DNA of 64,000 nt from Candidatus Micrarchaeota archaeon (GTDB taxonomy: Archaea; B1Sed10-29; JAJRYS01). The notes below the pieces were generated by a model. That model worked only from the letters and a program-made list of their open reading frames with translations. It was not told where the DNA came from and did no database searches. Both the position numbers and the translations under genes were made by a program. Below are positions 1 through 9,897 of the stretch, in pieces; within the stretch, counting starts at the first letter, position 1; every line of letters begins with the position of its first letter. The stretch lies in assembly GCA_964643685.1 (NCBI GenBank), contig CAZXTN010000001.1, positions 1 to 64,000 on the forward strand, in the 5' to 3' direction.

Positions 1-201
1 CCTCATCCATCACTCTATTATAATCGAACAAACAATATAAATCTTTCGATTACAACATAAAAAAAGTTTACTTCTATAAAAGAAAAATATTACTTACCTA
101 CAAAAATAAAAAAAACAAAACTTTCACCATACAACAAACAAATTAAACAAGAATGTCCAACACAAAAGGAAATATTAAAACAAAAGAAATAACTACACCA
201 C

Positions 202-858
202 TCACTTCACTAGAGTAGTGAATTGCATGGAGTCAGTCACCCAATTCCCAGCTAAGTCACTTGCTTTAAAAGTAACTACAAATGTTTCTCCTTGATTAGT
301 TGCAGTATAAGGAATTGTAACTGTTTGATCAGAATCGCTCCAAACAGGCGAACTGAACGTAATGTTACTTGAACCACTGCTAATACTAAAACTCGAAGTA
401 TTCATCGGCTCATCAAAAATAAGGGTAATGTTGCTCCCAGTCAAAGGCTCATTGTTTCCAGAAGGAGACTTACTAGAAACAGAAGGGGGGGAAGTGTCAA
501 CGATGAGAGAGATATTTGCAGAGTCAATCAAAGAGGTTGATAGACATAATTTATCTGTGTAAGCATCGACTTTATAGTAATAAACTGCTTCTCCTTTAGA
601 AGAATAAGATGAAAAATTAACAGGTTCATTATTTATATCTGATACAATAGTACTATCAGAAAAGCTACCATTAACTAGACTTTCTGATATTTTAAAACAT
701 TTCCAATCACCAGTATCATTATTCCATAACCAACCAATAGTGTAAGAAGAAGAATTATAATACTGCCCATCATACTCTGGAAAAGTAAAAGTAATAGTAG
801 ACAAACTAACACTAGCAAAAACTAACAAAAACAAAAGCAATACAAACTTTTTACTCAT
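202..858 (-). CDS. Secreted protein with C-terminal Ig-like (Big_5/SbsA-type) domain
   Basis: N-terminal signal peptide MSKKFVLLLFLLVFASVSLS; DTSPPSV...ITLIFDEPMN...ASDLAGN is the typical Ig-like pattern. Confidence 0.6.
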   Translation of the reverse strand: MSKKFVLLLFLLVFASVSLSTITFTFPEYDGQYYNSSSYTIGWLWNNDTGDWKCFKISESLVNGSFSDSTIVSDINNEPVNFSSYSSKGEAVYYYKVDAYTDKLCLSTSLIDSANISLIVDTSPPSVSSKSPSGNNEPLTGSNITLIFDEPMNTSSFSISSGSSNITFSSPVWSDSDQTVTIPYTATNQGETFVVTFKASDLAGNWVTDSMQFTTLVK

Positions 859-910
859 AGAATAAATAAAGACAATACAGTTTTTAAACTTAATTTACAA
901 ACAAGAAGAG

Positions 911-1234
911 TTATAACGAATAAATGAAAAGAATCACAAAAAAAGAGAGTAAAGACAAAGAGCTATATAAAAAACGAGACAAGAAAAAGAGATCCCTAGA
1001 AAATTTAACTCCAAGTAAAAAAGAAAATAAAGCCAAAATACCAACAATAATGCCAAAATCCAAGTAAAACTGAACAAAAAAAGGAAGCTTATTCCAAAAA
1101 GGATAAAAAATCTGCCACAACAAAAAAGCATTAGCAAACAAAGTAACCCTACTAGTCAATCTTCCCCTCAACTCAGAAACAGCAGTCAAAAAAATAACAC
1201 CAAAAGAAACAAACAAAGAAAAATCAGAAGGCAA
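911..1234 (-). CDS. Small integral membrane protein, unknown function
   Basis: 107 aa, 3-4 hydrophobic segments; TTG start uncertain; GGAG just upstream. Confidence 0.5.
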   Translation of the reverse strand: MPSDFSLFVSFGVIFLTAVSELRGRLTSRVTLFANAFLLWQIFYPFWNKLPFFVQFYLDFGIIVGILALFSFLLGVKFSRDLFFLSRFLYSSLSLLSFFVILFIYSL

Positions 1235-1374
1235 AAAAACAAACTCCTTCCATCAAAGGAACAACCATACCAATAAATAATAAAACAATACAACAATAAA
1301 AAAACCAACCCCAACACACAACCAAAAACACTAAATACTTACTAAGTGTAAAAAAATTATAACAAAAGACAACG

Positions 1375-1406
1375 TTTATAAATGTTGTAACTCACAATAA
1401 GGAACA
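1375..1406 (+). promoter_or_regulatory. TATA box plus 7-7-7 palindromic operator (copy 1)
   Basis: TTTATAAA at 1375-1382, then TGTAACT-CACAATA-AGGAACA at 1386-1406; AGGTGA RBS before ATG 1417. Confidence 0.7.
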
Positions 1407-1416
1407 AGGTGAGAGT

Positions 1417-3249
1417 ATGAAAAGGATTAAGATACTAAAAACATTTTTAATTTTGATAACTTTAATTCTCCCTACTCTTTCAATTGTAACCCCCTACTTC
1501 CACCATACAGAAATATTATATTATTCATCAGAAAATTACATGGATCCTTTAAATATACGTTCCGGGCTTTGTAATTCATCACAAGTTTCAACTTCAGATG
1601 CAGGGAATTGCACTCAAGTTTATTTTTATAATTCAACAGAACAGCAATGGAAGATATGGGATGTAAATACTCCTGATTCATCAAATAGCCTAACTGAATT
1701 CTTACCAGGGTATGCATATTTAATAAATGTAACAAAGGCAGGGTATATGAATGACATCACTGGCACACTTAAAATTGACCCTATTTCAGATGAAAAAGCA
1801 TGGAACACAACACAACTTGGCTGGAACTTAATGGGATGGACAGGGAATATAAATTATATGAATATCAGTGATGCTATCCCTCTTATTTATGGAAACTGGA
1901 GTAAAAACATTACAAGAGTATGGCATTATACAAACAATACTGATGTAATGGAACCATACTGGCCAGAAAACCAATCAGCACAATTCCACCCAATATCAGC
2001 AAACACAAGCGGAGAATGGACATATAATTTTGACCCTGGTTACTGGGTTTGCATTGAGAATGATTCTAACCGTGGTTATTGTGAAACTAGTGAGCCTCCT
2101 TTGATGCCTTGGCAGAATCAACGTCCGGAGTTATACAATGGGAGTGTGAATAATACGAATGCTAAAACAACAGATTCCCTAGAATTCACTGTTTATTATA
2201 AAGATGCTGACAACGACCCAGCAAACCCAATACAAGTAGTCATCGATGGAATACCATACGACATGAACCCACAAACAAACACATACGACACAGGAGTAAA
2301 AGCAACCACAGACACCAACCAAATAACAATCAAAAGCACAAGCCCAACAGCAAGCGGAGACCACTACTACTACTTCAAAGCAAACGACGGCACTGACCAC
2401 ATTTACTACGACGGAACAAACACAACAAAATACCCAAAAATACCTGTTGAAAATATGTTAATGTATCACATTAATTACTTGCCAACACCAATAATTACAA
2501 CACCAGACAACGCAAAAACAAACAAAACAATTAACTTTGACTCTTCAAACTCATTTGACGAAGACGGAACAATTACCAAATACTACTGGGACTTCGGAGA
2601 CGGAACAACAAGCACAGAACAAAACCCAACACACACATACACAAGCACAGGAAACTACACAATCACACTAACAATAACAGACAACATGAACGAAACAAAC
2701 ACAACAACAAAAAACATAGAAATAACAAACAACCAAGCGCCAACAGCAAAACTAGAATACAAAAGACTATACGGCTTAACATACCAATTCAACGCATCAA
2801 ACTCATACGACACAGACGGAGAAATAACTAATTACTACTGGGACCTCGGAGACGGAACAACCACAACACAACCAAACCCAAAACACACTTACAAAACACC
2901 AGGATACTACACAATAACACTCACAATCACAGACAACGACGAAGCAACAACCACAAAAACAACAACAATAAACACAACAATACACTTCACACCAAAAACA
3001 ACAATAACACACATACCAATAGACGACTACATACTACTACACATGAAAAAAAACTGGACAGGAACACAACCACACCCATGCACAACAACAAAAACAAAAC
3101 AAGCCATAAAACCAATTAAAACAACAAGCAAACAAAAAATAAAAACAATCAAAACAATAAAAATAATAGAAAAAGCAGATATAGAACCAGTCACTGCAAA
3201 AAAAGAAGAAAAACCTTTGACAAGAATTAAGGTAAGAAGATCAATTTAA
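1417..3249 (+). CDS. Secreted PKD-domain surface protein
   Basis: Signal peptide; GWNLMG and PGY(A)W-type motifs; two PKD repeats (YYWDFGDGT, YYWDLGDGT); Thr/Lys-rich tail. Confidence 0.8.
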   Translation: MKRIKILKTFLILITLILPTLSIVTPYFHHTEILYYSSENYMDPLNIRSGLCNSSQVSTSDAGNCTQVYFYNSTEQQWKIWDVNTPDSSNSLTEFLPGYAYLINVTKAGYMNDITGTLKIDPISDEKAWNTTQLGWNLMGWTGNINYMNISDAIPLIYGNWSKNITRVWHYTNNTDVMEPYWPENQSAQFHPISANTSGEWTYNFDPGYWVCIENDSNRGYCETSEPPLMPWQNQRPELYNGSVNNTNAKTTDSLEFTVYYKDADNDPANPIQVVIDGIPYDMNPQTNTYDTGVKATTDTNQITIKSTSPTASGDHYYYFKANDGTDHIYYDGTNTTKYPKIPVENMLMYHINYLPTPIITTPDNAKTNKTINFDSSNSFDEDGTITKYYWDFGDGTTSTEQNPTHTYTSTGNYTITLTITDNMNETNTTTKNIEITNNQAPTAKLEYKRLYGLTYQFNASNSYDTDGEITNYYWDLGDGTTTTQPNPKHTYKTPGYYTITLTITDNDEATTTKTTTINTTIHFTPKTTITHIPIDDYILLHMKKNWTGTQPHPCTTTKTKQAIKPIKTTSKQKIKTIKTIKIIEKADIEPVTAKKEEKPLTRIKVRRSI

Positions 3250-3308
3250 GTTCTTGTTTTATTGGACAGGAAAAAGTTCTTGCATTACTTCTCAAGCAAA
3301 ACAAAACC

Positions 3309-3352
3309 TTTAAATACCTTGTTACTCACAAATAGTTACATAATTGGAGGTG
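3309..3352 (+). promoter_or_regulatory. TATA box plus 7-7-7 operator (copy 2) plus RBS, with no substantial downstream gene
   Basis: TTTAAATA 3309-3316; TGTTACT-CACAAAT-AGTTACA 3320-3340; GGAGGTG 3346-3352. Confidence 0.65.
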
Positions 3353-3372
3353 TTTGGATTTGGTTGAATTAT

Positions 3373-4278
3373 TTATTTTGTTTGCTGCTCTTCTTTTAGC
3401 AGTTGATCCCATCTTTGAATAACTAGTTCTTGTATTGTTTGTATTTGTTTTTCTGTAAGGTGGGAGAACCTGCCTTGCATTTTAAGAAATTCAATTACCG
3501 GCTTTAGTTTTTTCGGCTTGTAGTTGATTATTACTTTTCCTTCTTTTGTTCTTTCATATAATGGCCAGAAGCCAGTGTCTAATGCTAGTTGTGATATTTC
3601 AATTGTCTTGTCAGGCGGAAAATGCCAGTTTGTAGGGCATGCTCCTAATAGTTCAATGTAGCCAAATTCTTCGCTTTCTTTGACTTTTTTAACTTTGTTG
3701 ATGTAGTCAACTGGCTGTGCAAGCGAAGCTGTAGCTGCATAGACTCCATGGTCGTTCATTATTTTAATCATGTCTTTCCTTGTTGAAGGGCTTCCACCCA
3801 TCTTCCTTGGGGTTGTTGAAGTAGCTGCATATTTTGGAGTTGAGGAGTCCCATTGGTTTCCAGTGTTTCCATAGCACTCATTATTATAACAGATGTAGAC
3901 AATCGGCTCGTTTAAGTAAGCAGCGTAAGCAAGTGAGCCGAATCCAATGTCATAAGTTGCTCCGTCTCCTGCATAGCACATTACTGTGCCTTTTTTGTTT
4001 CTTGCTTTCAAGCCGTGGACTATTCCAACTGCTGTTGAGGCAGCGTTTTCAATCGCGTTGTGAATCCAAGAAACTTTAAGTGGAGTGTAGGGGTAATTGC
4101 ATAGGAGGGTCATGCATCCAGCTGGATTGACTACTATTGCTCCTTCTCCTACTCCTTTCAAAGCAAGTTTCAAACCTAGTTCAGGCCCGCATCCAGCGCA
4201 TGTTGGACTTCCTCCTATCAAGTAATGTTTTTCAGGAATGTCTTTTATTGTCTTGATTTCCTTGTTTTGCTTAGCCAT
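3373..4278 (-). CDS. porB: Pyruvate/2-oxoacid:ferredoxin oxidoreductase beta subunit
   Basis: CAGCG motif; TPP-binding GDG...NNECYGNTG; CPTNW. Confidence 0.93.
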   Translation of the reverse strand: MAKQNKEIKTIKDIPEKHYLIGGSPTCAGCGPELGLKLALKGVGEGAIVVNPAGCMTLLCNYPYTPLKVSWIHNAIENAASTAVGIVHGLKARNKKGTVMCYAGDGATYDIGFGSLAYAAYLNEPIVYICYNNECYGNTGNQWDSSTPKYAATSTTPRKMGGSPSTRKDMIKIMNDHGVYAATASLAQPVDYINKVKKVKESEEFGYIELLGACPTNWHFPPDKTIEISQLALDTGFWPLYERTKEGKVIINYKPKKLKPVIEFLKMQGRFSHLTEKQIQTIQELVIQRWDQLLKEEQQTK

Positions 4279-4292
4279 TTAAAATCACTTTT

Positions 4293-5474
4293 TTATATGA
4301 ATCTTCTTTTGCCTGTTTTTGCTTTCTCGTCCTTCTTCAAGTATGCTAATATTGACTGGAATTTTTTAACGCTTGTTTTGCTTCCACCAAGCCCAGCTAC
4401 AAAGCCGGATACTACTGGCTTGTTTTCATTTTCATAAAGCACTGCCTTGATTTCAGGGTACATTATGCCTCCTATTCCAGGGGAGACGTTTTTGTCTATT
4501 ACTGCAACTGCTTTTGCGTTTTCAAGCGCTTTTGCTATCTGCTTCCATGGAAGTGGGCGTATTACTCTTAATCTCAGCAAGCCTGCTTTGACTCCTTGTT
4601 TTCTTAAGTCAAGCACTGCTTGTTTTGCTGTTGTTGAAATGCTGCCTTGTGTTACGAAAAAGTATTCAGCGTCTTCAAGCATGAATTCTTCAAACAAGCC
4701 GTATTCCCTGCCTGTGAGTTTTTTCCATTGGTTTGCAACTTGTTCAATTACTTTCAAGGAGTTTTGTGCTGCTGCAGTGTGTTGTTTTCTGAAGTAAGTG
4801 TAGTCTTCTCCTTTCAGGACAGCTGAGCCTTGGATTAAAGGATGCTTTGCGTCGAAGAAAGCGTGTGTTGGCTTGTATTTTGGAAGGAACTTGTCAACTA
4901 GTAATTGCGAGGGGATTGATGTCGGCTCGTCAGTGTAGGATAGGACATATCCGTCCATGTTAACCATTGTCGGCAGAAGCACTTTCTTGTTTTCTCCTAC
5001 TTTGTAGCTCATTATTATCGAGTCAAGTTCTTCTTGGTTTGTAGAGGCGTGTATCATTATCCATCCAGCTGGGAGGAATGATAAGAAGTCGTTGTGGTCG
5101 CTCCATAAGGTAATTGGAGCTGAGATTCCCCTGGATACTGTTGCCATTACTATTGGCAAACGCAAGCCAGAGGCAATGTACATTATCTCATTCATTAATA
5201 AGAGGCCTTGTGATGACGAAGCTGTGAATACTCTTGCACCTGAAGCACTGGCACCTACTGCTGCGCTCATTACCGAATGCTCTGAATCCATTTTAACAAA
5301 ATCAGTTTTCCATTCTCCATTCGCAACCCATTTTGCAATTGTTTCAATGCACTCTGTTTGTGGAGTGATTGGAAAATTAGGAACAACTTCAGCACGGGAC
5401 AAACGCGCGCCCCACGCAGCTGCTTCATTACCAGTAATAAGAGTTTCCATTGCTTTTTGTTTTTTCATAATCAT
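4293..5474 (-). CDS. porA: Pyruvate/2-oxoacid:ferredoxin oxidoreductase alpha subunit
   Basis: GNEAAA, FPITPQT, SEHS, TASSSQGL, GLGG motifs. Confidence 0.93.
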   Translation of the reverse strand: MIMKKQKAMETLITGNEAAAWGARLSRAEVVPNFPITPQTECIETIAKWVANGEWKTDFVKMDSEHSVMSAAVGASASGARVFTASSSQGLLLMNEIMYIASGLRLPIVMATVSRGISAPITLWSDHNDFLSFLPAGWIMIHASTNQEELDSIIMSYKVGENKKVLLPTMVNMDGYVLSYTDEPTSIPSQLLVDKFLPKYKPTHAFFDAKHPLIQGSAVLKGEDYTYFRKQHTAAAQNSLKVIEQVANQWKKLTGREYGLFEEFMLEDAEYFFVTQGSISTTAKQAVLDLRKQGVKAGLLRLRVIRPLPWKQIAKALENAKAVAVIDKNVSPGIGGIMYPEIKAVLYENENKPVVSGFVAGLGGSKTSVKKFQSILAYLKKDEKAKTGKRRFI

Positions 5475-5485
5475 TAATTACCACT

Positions 5486-5803
5486 TTATTTTCTCTTCTT
5501 TTTTTTAATGAATGCTGGTTCTTTTAGTTCAATTGCTTTCACTGGGCATACGTTTGAGCATATTCCGCATGACTTGCAAGTGTAGTGGTCGAATTCCGGC
5601 TGGTTTTTTCTTTTGTTCCAGTCAATTGCTGAAACTGGGCAGTAAGTAAAGCATAGCTTGCATGAGATACACTTGTTTGAATCAACGAACGGCTTTTTTT
5701 TGCCCCATAATCCAGTGTGGACTTTGATTGCGTTGCCTGGTTCTCTGATTACAGGTGTTCCTTTTGTTCCGTCGTATTTTAGTTTTTGAATTTCTTCAGT
5801 CAT
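5486..5803 (-). CDS. porD: 2-oxoacid:ferredoxin oxidoreductase delta subunit (2x4Fe-4S)
   Basis: TGLW...P; CISCKLCFTYCP and CKSCGICSNVCP; operon position. Confidence 0.9.
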   Translation of the reverse strand: MTEEIQKLKYDGTKGTPVIREPGNAIKVHTGLWGKKKPFVDSNKCISCKLCFTYCPVSAIDWNKRKNQPEFDHYTCKSCGICSNVCPVKAIELKEPAFIKKKKRK

Positions 5804-5804
5804 T

Positions 5805-6377
5805 TTAAAAAACCTTTTTTTTCATTAGTTTTTCAGTTTCAGAGTATGCTTTTCTCATTGCTTTTATGTTCGGCGCAACCCATTCTGAATACTTCTCGCC
5901 TAGCATGTTGTAAACTGCTTGCTCTAGGCTTTTCATGCCTATTTTTTTAGTGAATGCAGAGTATGCTCCTAGTATTGCAATGTTCACTACGTCTTCCCTG
6001 TTCATTGCTTGTTTTGAAATGCTGTTAACGTCAATTGCAAGTGTCTTGATTCCTAGTGGGCCTTTGAATTTTTTTTTCGTGTTTACAATGAGGCATCCTC
6101 CTTTTTTAAGTCCTTTGTAAATGCCTACTTCTTCCTTGACTTTTAAAAGGGAGTCGTCGAGCACGAAAACGCAGTCAGGGTCTTCAATGTATCCTCTTTC
6201 GTATATCTTGTTTTCATCTACTCTCAGGAAGCTTGCTACTGGCGCGCCTCTTCTTTCAGCTCCGTATATTGAAAAAGCCTGCACGTCCATGCCTTCCAAG
6301 TAAAAAGCGTCAGCTAACACTTTGATTCCTGTTTTTCCACCTTGTCCTCCTCTGCAGTGCATTCTTACTTTGTACAT
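5805..6377 (-). CDS. porC: 2-oxoacid:ferredoxin oxidoreductase gamma subunit
   Basis: RGGQGG, YGAERRGAPV, NIAILGA. Confidence 0.92.
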   Translation of the reverse strand: MYKVRMHCRGGQGGKTGIKVLADAFYLEGMDVQAFSIYGAERRGAPVASFLRVDENKIYERGYIEDPDCVFVLDDSLLKVKEEVGIYKGLKKGGCLIVNTKKKFKGPLGIKTLAIDVNSISKQAMNREDVVNIAILGAYSAFTKKIGMKSLEQAVYNMLGEKYSEWVAPNIKAMRKAYSETEKLMKKKVF

Positions 6378-6383
6378 TCAGCT

Positions 6384-6815
6384 TCACTTTTTTTTCTTGT
6401 TTTTAGTTGCTTGTTTTTTGTTTAAGTTTCTTATGAGTTGTTTTATTTCATCCAAATCCTGCTGCATGTTTAAAATTTCTTTCATTGTCCTCTTATCAAC
6501 ATAATAATCCCTTTCTGCCCTGCGCCTGTCCCTCTGAGCTTCCCTGTTCTCGCTCATTAAGATTATAGGTGCTTGGACTGCTGCAAGGCAGGAGAGAGTT
6601 AAGTTGAGTATTATGAATGGCCATGGGTCCCAGTGGTAAAACCAGCCTGCAATGTTAAGAGTCACCCATATTCCAATGTAAATGAATAATAGGATTATGA
6701 ATGTCCAGCTTCCTACAAATGCTGTCATCCAGTCAGCTGCTTTTTGCCCGAATGTTCTTTTTTCTTTTGGCATTCTCAGCAGTTTTTCAATTTCGTCTTT
6801 TTCTTTTTGATTCAT
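6384..6815 (-). CDS. DUF1003 family membrane protein
   Basis: GQKAAD...GSWTFI...DPWPFIILNLTLSCLAAVQAPIILMSENR. Confidence 0.88.
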   Translation of the reverse strand: MNQKEKDEIEKLLRMPKEKRTFGQKAADWMTAFVGSWTFIILLFIYIGIWVTLNIAGWFYHWDPWPFIILNLTLSCLAAVQAPIILMSENREAQRDRRRAERDYYVDKRTMKEILNMQQDLDEIKQLIRNLNKKQATKNKKKK

Positions 6816-7459
6816 TAGGCATCAACTATTAAACGCGCGTCTGCAACTAGGCACCCGTGTTTGTCAACGAAGCAGGGGTTTAAATCCATTTCCTTGATTG
6901 AATTGTTTTCCAGCATTAAGTGGGAAACTCTTAGGATAGCGTTTTCAAGTTCAGTGAAGTTTATTTTTTCCATTCCCCTGAATCCGTTCAAAAGAGGGTA
7001 TGCTTTTATTTCTTGAATCATTTCACGCGCGTCTTTTCTTGTGAACGGCGCTACTCTCATTGAAACGTCTTCAAATACGTTTACGTAAATTCCCCCTAAG
7101 CCGAATAGTATCACTGGCCCGAATTGAGGGTCTCTTTTGGCGCCTATTATTGTTTCTATTCCTTTTGCTTGTTTTTGCACTATGACTCCTTTTATGTCTT
7201 TTGTTATTTTTTCAGCGTTTTTCATTATGTTGTTGAATGCTTCGGAGACAGCAGTTGCTGTGTAGAGGTTTGTTTCCACGCATTTGTTGTCTGTCTTGTG
7301 GATTATTTTAGGAGAATCGATTTTAAGCACTACTGGAAACCCTGTTTTCTGTGCTATTTTAATTGCTTGGAATGAATTTGCAGCTGTTTCTGACTCAACT
7401 GTTTTTATCTTGTATTTGCTCAGCAGGTATTTTGCTTTGTTGAATTCAAGTTGTTTCAT
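6815..7459 (-). CDS. acdB: ADP-forming acetate/acyl-CoA ligase beta subunit (ATP-grasp)
   Basis: GFPVVLKI.SP.I.HKTD; RDPQFGPVILFGLGG; EMDLNP; DAR. Confidence 0.9.
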   Translation of the reverse strand: MKQLEFNKAKYLLSKYKIKTVESETAANSFQAIKIAQKTGFPVVLKIDSPKIIHKTDNKCVETNLYTATAVSEAFNNIMKNAEKITKDIKGVIVQKQAKGIETIIGAKRDPQFGPVILFGLGGIYVNVFEDVSMRVAPFTRKDAREMIQEIKAYPLLNGFRGMEKINFTELENAILRVSHLMLENNSIKEMDLNPCFVDKHGCLVADARLIVDA

Positions 7460-7577
7460 AACAATTAAGAAAAAAGAGGAGAGAGTATAAAAAACTGACG
7501 CGTTGTAAAAACTAAACTTATTTATACGCTGTTTTTGTAATGAAAAAGCAGTTAAAGAAAAAGGAGTTGTAGTTTGT

Positions 7578-8843
7578 ATGAAAATTGAGTTTCATGGAGC
7601 TGCTAGGGAAGTTGGCAGGAGCGGAGTGTTGATTGAAGAAGGGAACAAGAGGATTCTCTTGGATTACGGAGTGAAGCTAGGTGAAGAGAGGAATGAAGTG
7701 CCTTTGCCTGTTGACGGTTATGTTGATGCTGTTGTGCTTAGCCACGCTCACTTGGATCACAGCGGAGAAATTCCTTCTTTGTTTGTTAAGTCAGAGCAGC
7801 CTGTTTTCATGACTCCCCCTACTATTCCTCTTGCAAAAATGCTAATTGAAGATGGTTTGAAAGTAGGTAGGATAAAAGGAATTAAAATGAATTACAGCGC
7901 AAGCCATTTGAAGAGGATGATGAGGAATATTATTCCAGTGCCTTACAAGAAGCAGAGGAGCATTTATGACATTGAATTGACTTTCCAGGACGCAGGGCAT
8001 ATTCTTGGAAGCGCGTCAGCTGAACTTGTTTTCAGCGACAAAAAAATAGTGTACACTGGAGACATTAAATATGAAGAAACAAGGTTGCATAAGCCAGGGT
8101 TTCAGAAGTTTAAAGACGTGGATGTTTTGATAATGGAATCGACTTACGGAAATCGATTGCATGAGCCGCGTGAAAAGACAGAGAAAGAGTTTGTCGAAGC
8201 ATGCAACGAAGTATTGGATGACGGGGGAAACGTGGTAGTGCCTGCTTTTGCTGTTGGCAGAAGCCAGGAGGTCTTGACTGTTTTAAGCGAAAATCATTTC
8301 AATTACCCTGTTTATTTGGATGGAATGGGAAAAGCAGTGGCTGAAGTAATGATGGAGTTCCCTGAGCACTTGAAAGATTATGACAGTTTTTACAAGGCCA
8401 TGAAAAAAGCAGAGTGGGTTTATACTTCAAGGCAGAGGGACAGGGCTTTGAAAGAGCCGAGCGTCATTGTTTCAACTGCTGGAATGCTTTCAGGCGGCCC
8501 TATTATGAGTTACTTGTTGAAAATGAAAGAACTTGAAACAAGAAAAGCGATTTTTTTCACTGGATACCAAGTTGAAGGGACGCCGGGAAGGAAGTTGATT
8601 GACACTGGGCGGCTTACTTACATGGATTATGACTTGAATTTCAGCGACTATGAAATCAAGAAATTTGATTTCAGCGCTCATACTGACCAAAAGGGCTTGA
8701 TTGAATTGGTGAAAAAAGTTGACCCTTCGCTTGTGCTTCTAAACCATGGTGATAAAGAAGCAGAGAAGGAATTGAAAAAAGAGTTAACTGCCCTTGACTT
8801 TGAAGTGAAAACACCTAAATTCGGGCAGACGATAAAAGTGTGA
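7578..8843 (+). CDS. MBL-fold beta-CASP ribonuclease (CPSF-like, no KH domains)
   Basis: GAAREVGRS; SHAHLDHSG; AGHILGS; ESTYG; FSAH; HG motifs. Confidence 0.9.
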   Translation: MKIEFHGAAREVGRSGVLIEEGNKRILLDYGVKLGEERNEVPLPVDGYVDAVVLSHAHLDHSGEIPSLFVKSEQPVFMTPPTIPLAKMLIEDGLKVGRIKGIKMNYSASHLKRMMRNIIPVPYKKQRSIYDIELTFQDAGHILGSASAELVFSDKKIVYTGDIKYEETRLHKPGFQKFKDVDVLIMESTYGNRLHEPREKTEKEFVEACNEVLDDGGNVVVPAFAVGRSQEVLTVLSENHFNYPVYLDGMGKAVAEVMMEFPEHLKDYDSFYKAMKKAEWVYTSRQRDRALKEPSVIVSTAGMLSGGPIMSYLLKMKELETRKAIFFTGYQVEGTPGRKLIDTGRLTYMDYDLNFSDYEIKKFDFSAHTDQKGLIELVKKVDPSLVLLNHGDKEAEKELKKELTALDFEVKTPKFGQTIKV

Positions 8844-8850
8844 AGATAAG

Positions 8851-9543
8851 ATGAAAAAGTTTTGTCCAAAGTGTGGAAGAGAAGACGTTGACTTTTACAA
8901 GGGTTTCTGCGTCGACTGCTACAAGGAAATGAACTTGAAGCTCGAGTTTCCACGTAAAATTGAAGTAAGCGAATGCAGGTACTGCGGAAGATGGCTAGTT
9001 AAAAACAAGTGGATTAAGCCAAGTTACAACGAGTTAAACAAGTTGATAAAAAGCAAAATTAAAAGCAACTTGTACAACTTGAAAATTGAAACTGAGTTGA
9101 AAGAAGACAAGGTTAAAATAAAAGTGAAAGGAAGCTTGGATCCAGAAGGAGTCGTAAAAGTAGAAGAAGAAAAAGAAGTGCCGTTCAGGTTCAGGGAAAG
9201 GACATGCGATTACTGCATGAAAAAAAACAGCAATTATTATGAGACAAAAATACAACTGAGGAAATTGCCTGAATTTGACTTGCTGAAGTTTGAGAGGATA
9301 AAGAAGTTCATTGAAAAGGAGTATGATTATTTTCAGCATAAGGAACATAATGCTGGAAATTTTTGGATTGAAGAAAGAAAGGAAGGGCTTGACTTGTTTT
9401 TCGGGTCAAGCAGGATAGCTGAGAAAGTTCTGAAAGAAGTCAGGCGCAAGTACAAAGTTAAGACAGAAAAAAGCGTGAGGTTAAAGGGCTTGACTCAGAA
9501 GGGAAAGAAGAAAGCAAAAGTAACTTACTTAATAAGAGTATGA
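8851..9543 (+). CDS. nmd3: NMD3 family ribosome biogenesis protein
   Basis: CPKCG...CVDC, CRYCG, CDYC zinc knuckles; YYE.KIQLR. Confidence 0.85.
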   Translation: MKKFCPKCGREDVDFYKGFCVDCYKEMNLKLEFPRKIEVSECRYCGRWLVKNKWIKPSYNELNKLIKSKIKSNLYNLKIETELKEDKVKIKVKGSLDPEGVVKVEEEKEVPFRFRERTCDYCMKKNSNYYETKIQLRKLPEFDLLKFERIKKFIEKEYDYFQHKEHNAGNFWIEERKEGLDLFFGSSRIAEKVLKEVRRKYKVKTEKSVRLKGLTQKGKKKAKVTYLIRV

Positions 9544-9830
9544 AAAAAGGAGGTTTTGAAAAAATGATTGTTTCGCAGTATCCGCATTTTTACCAGGACA
9601 AGGAAGGAAAGAGCCACAGGAACATGCTTCAGGTTGAAATGGAGGAAGTGAAGGTTGTTAGCGGTTTTCCAAGGGACGGAAGCGTCATGATTCGCTTGCA
9701 AGATGAAAGCGTTAACAAAGCGTTTAAAATGACTCCGCAGGAAGCGCTTCAACTAGGAACTGAATTGAAGGAGATAGCCAAGGAGTTGATGAAGCAGAAA
9801 AGAGAGCATTGGAAAAGCAAAAACAGGTAA
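9540..9830 (+). CDS. Hypothetical protein
   Basis: Overlaps nmd3 stop; may start at second Met behind GGAGG; no recognised motif. Confidence 0.6.
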   Translation: MKKGGFEKMIVSQYPHFYQDKEGKSHRNMLQVEMEEVKVVSGFPRDGSVMIRLQDESVNKAFKMTPQEALQLGTELKEIAKELMKQKREHWKSKNR

Positions 9831-9897
9831 TTGGGGATTTGTTTATAATTTAAATGTTTAATCAATAAGTTTAAATTGTAAAGGTTCTTTTTGTTAT

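Noticed and set aside
2200-3200. CRISPR array or tandem repeat in ACA-rich sequence
   Set aside because: It is Thr/Asn-rich coding sequence with extreme codon bias; no fixed repeat-spacer period seen here or elsewhere in the window
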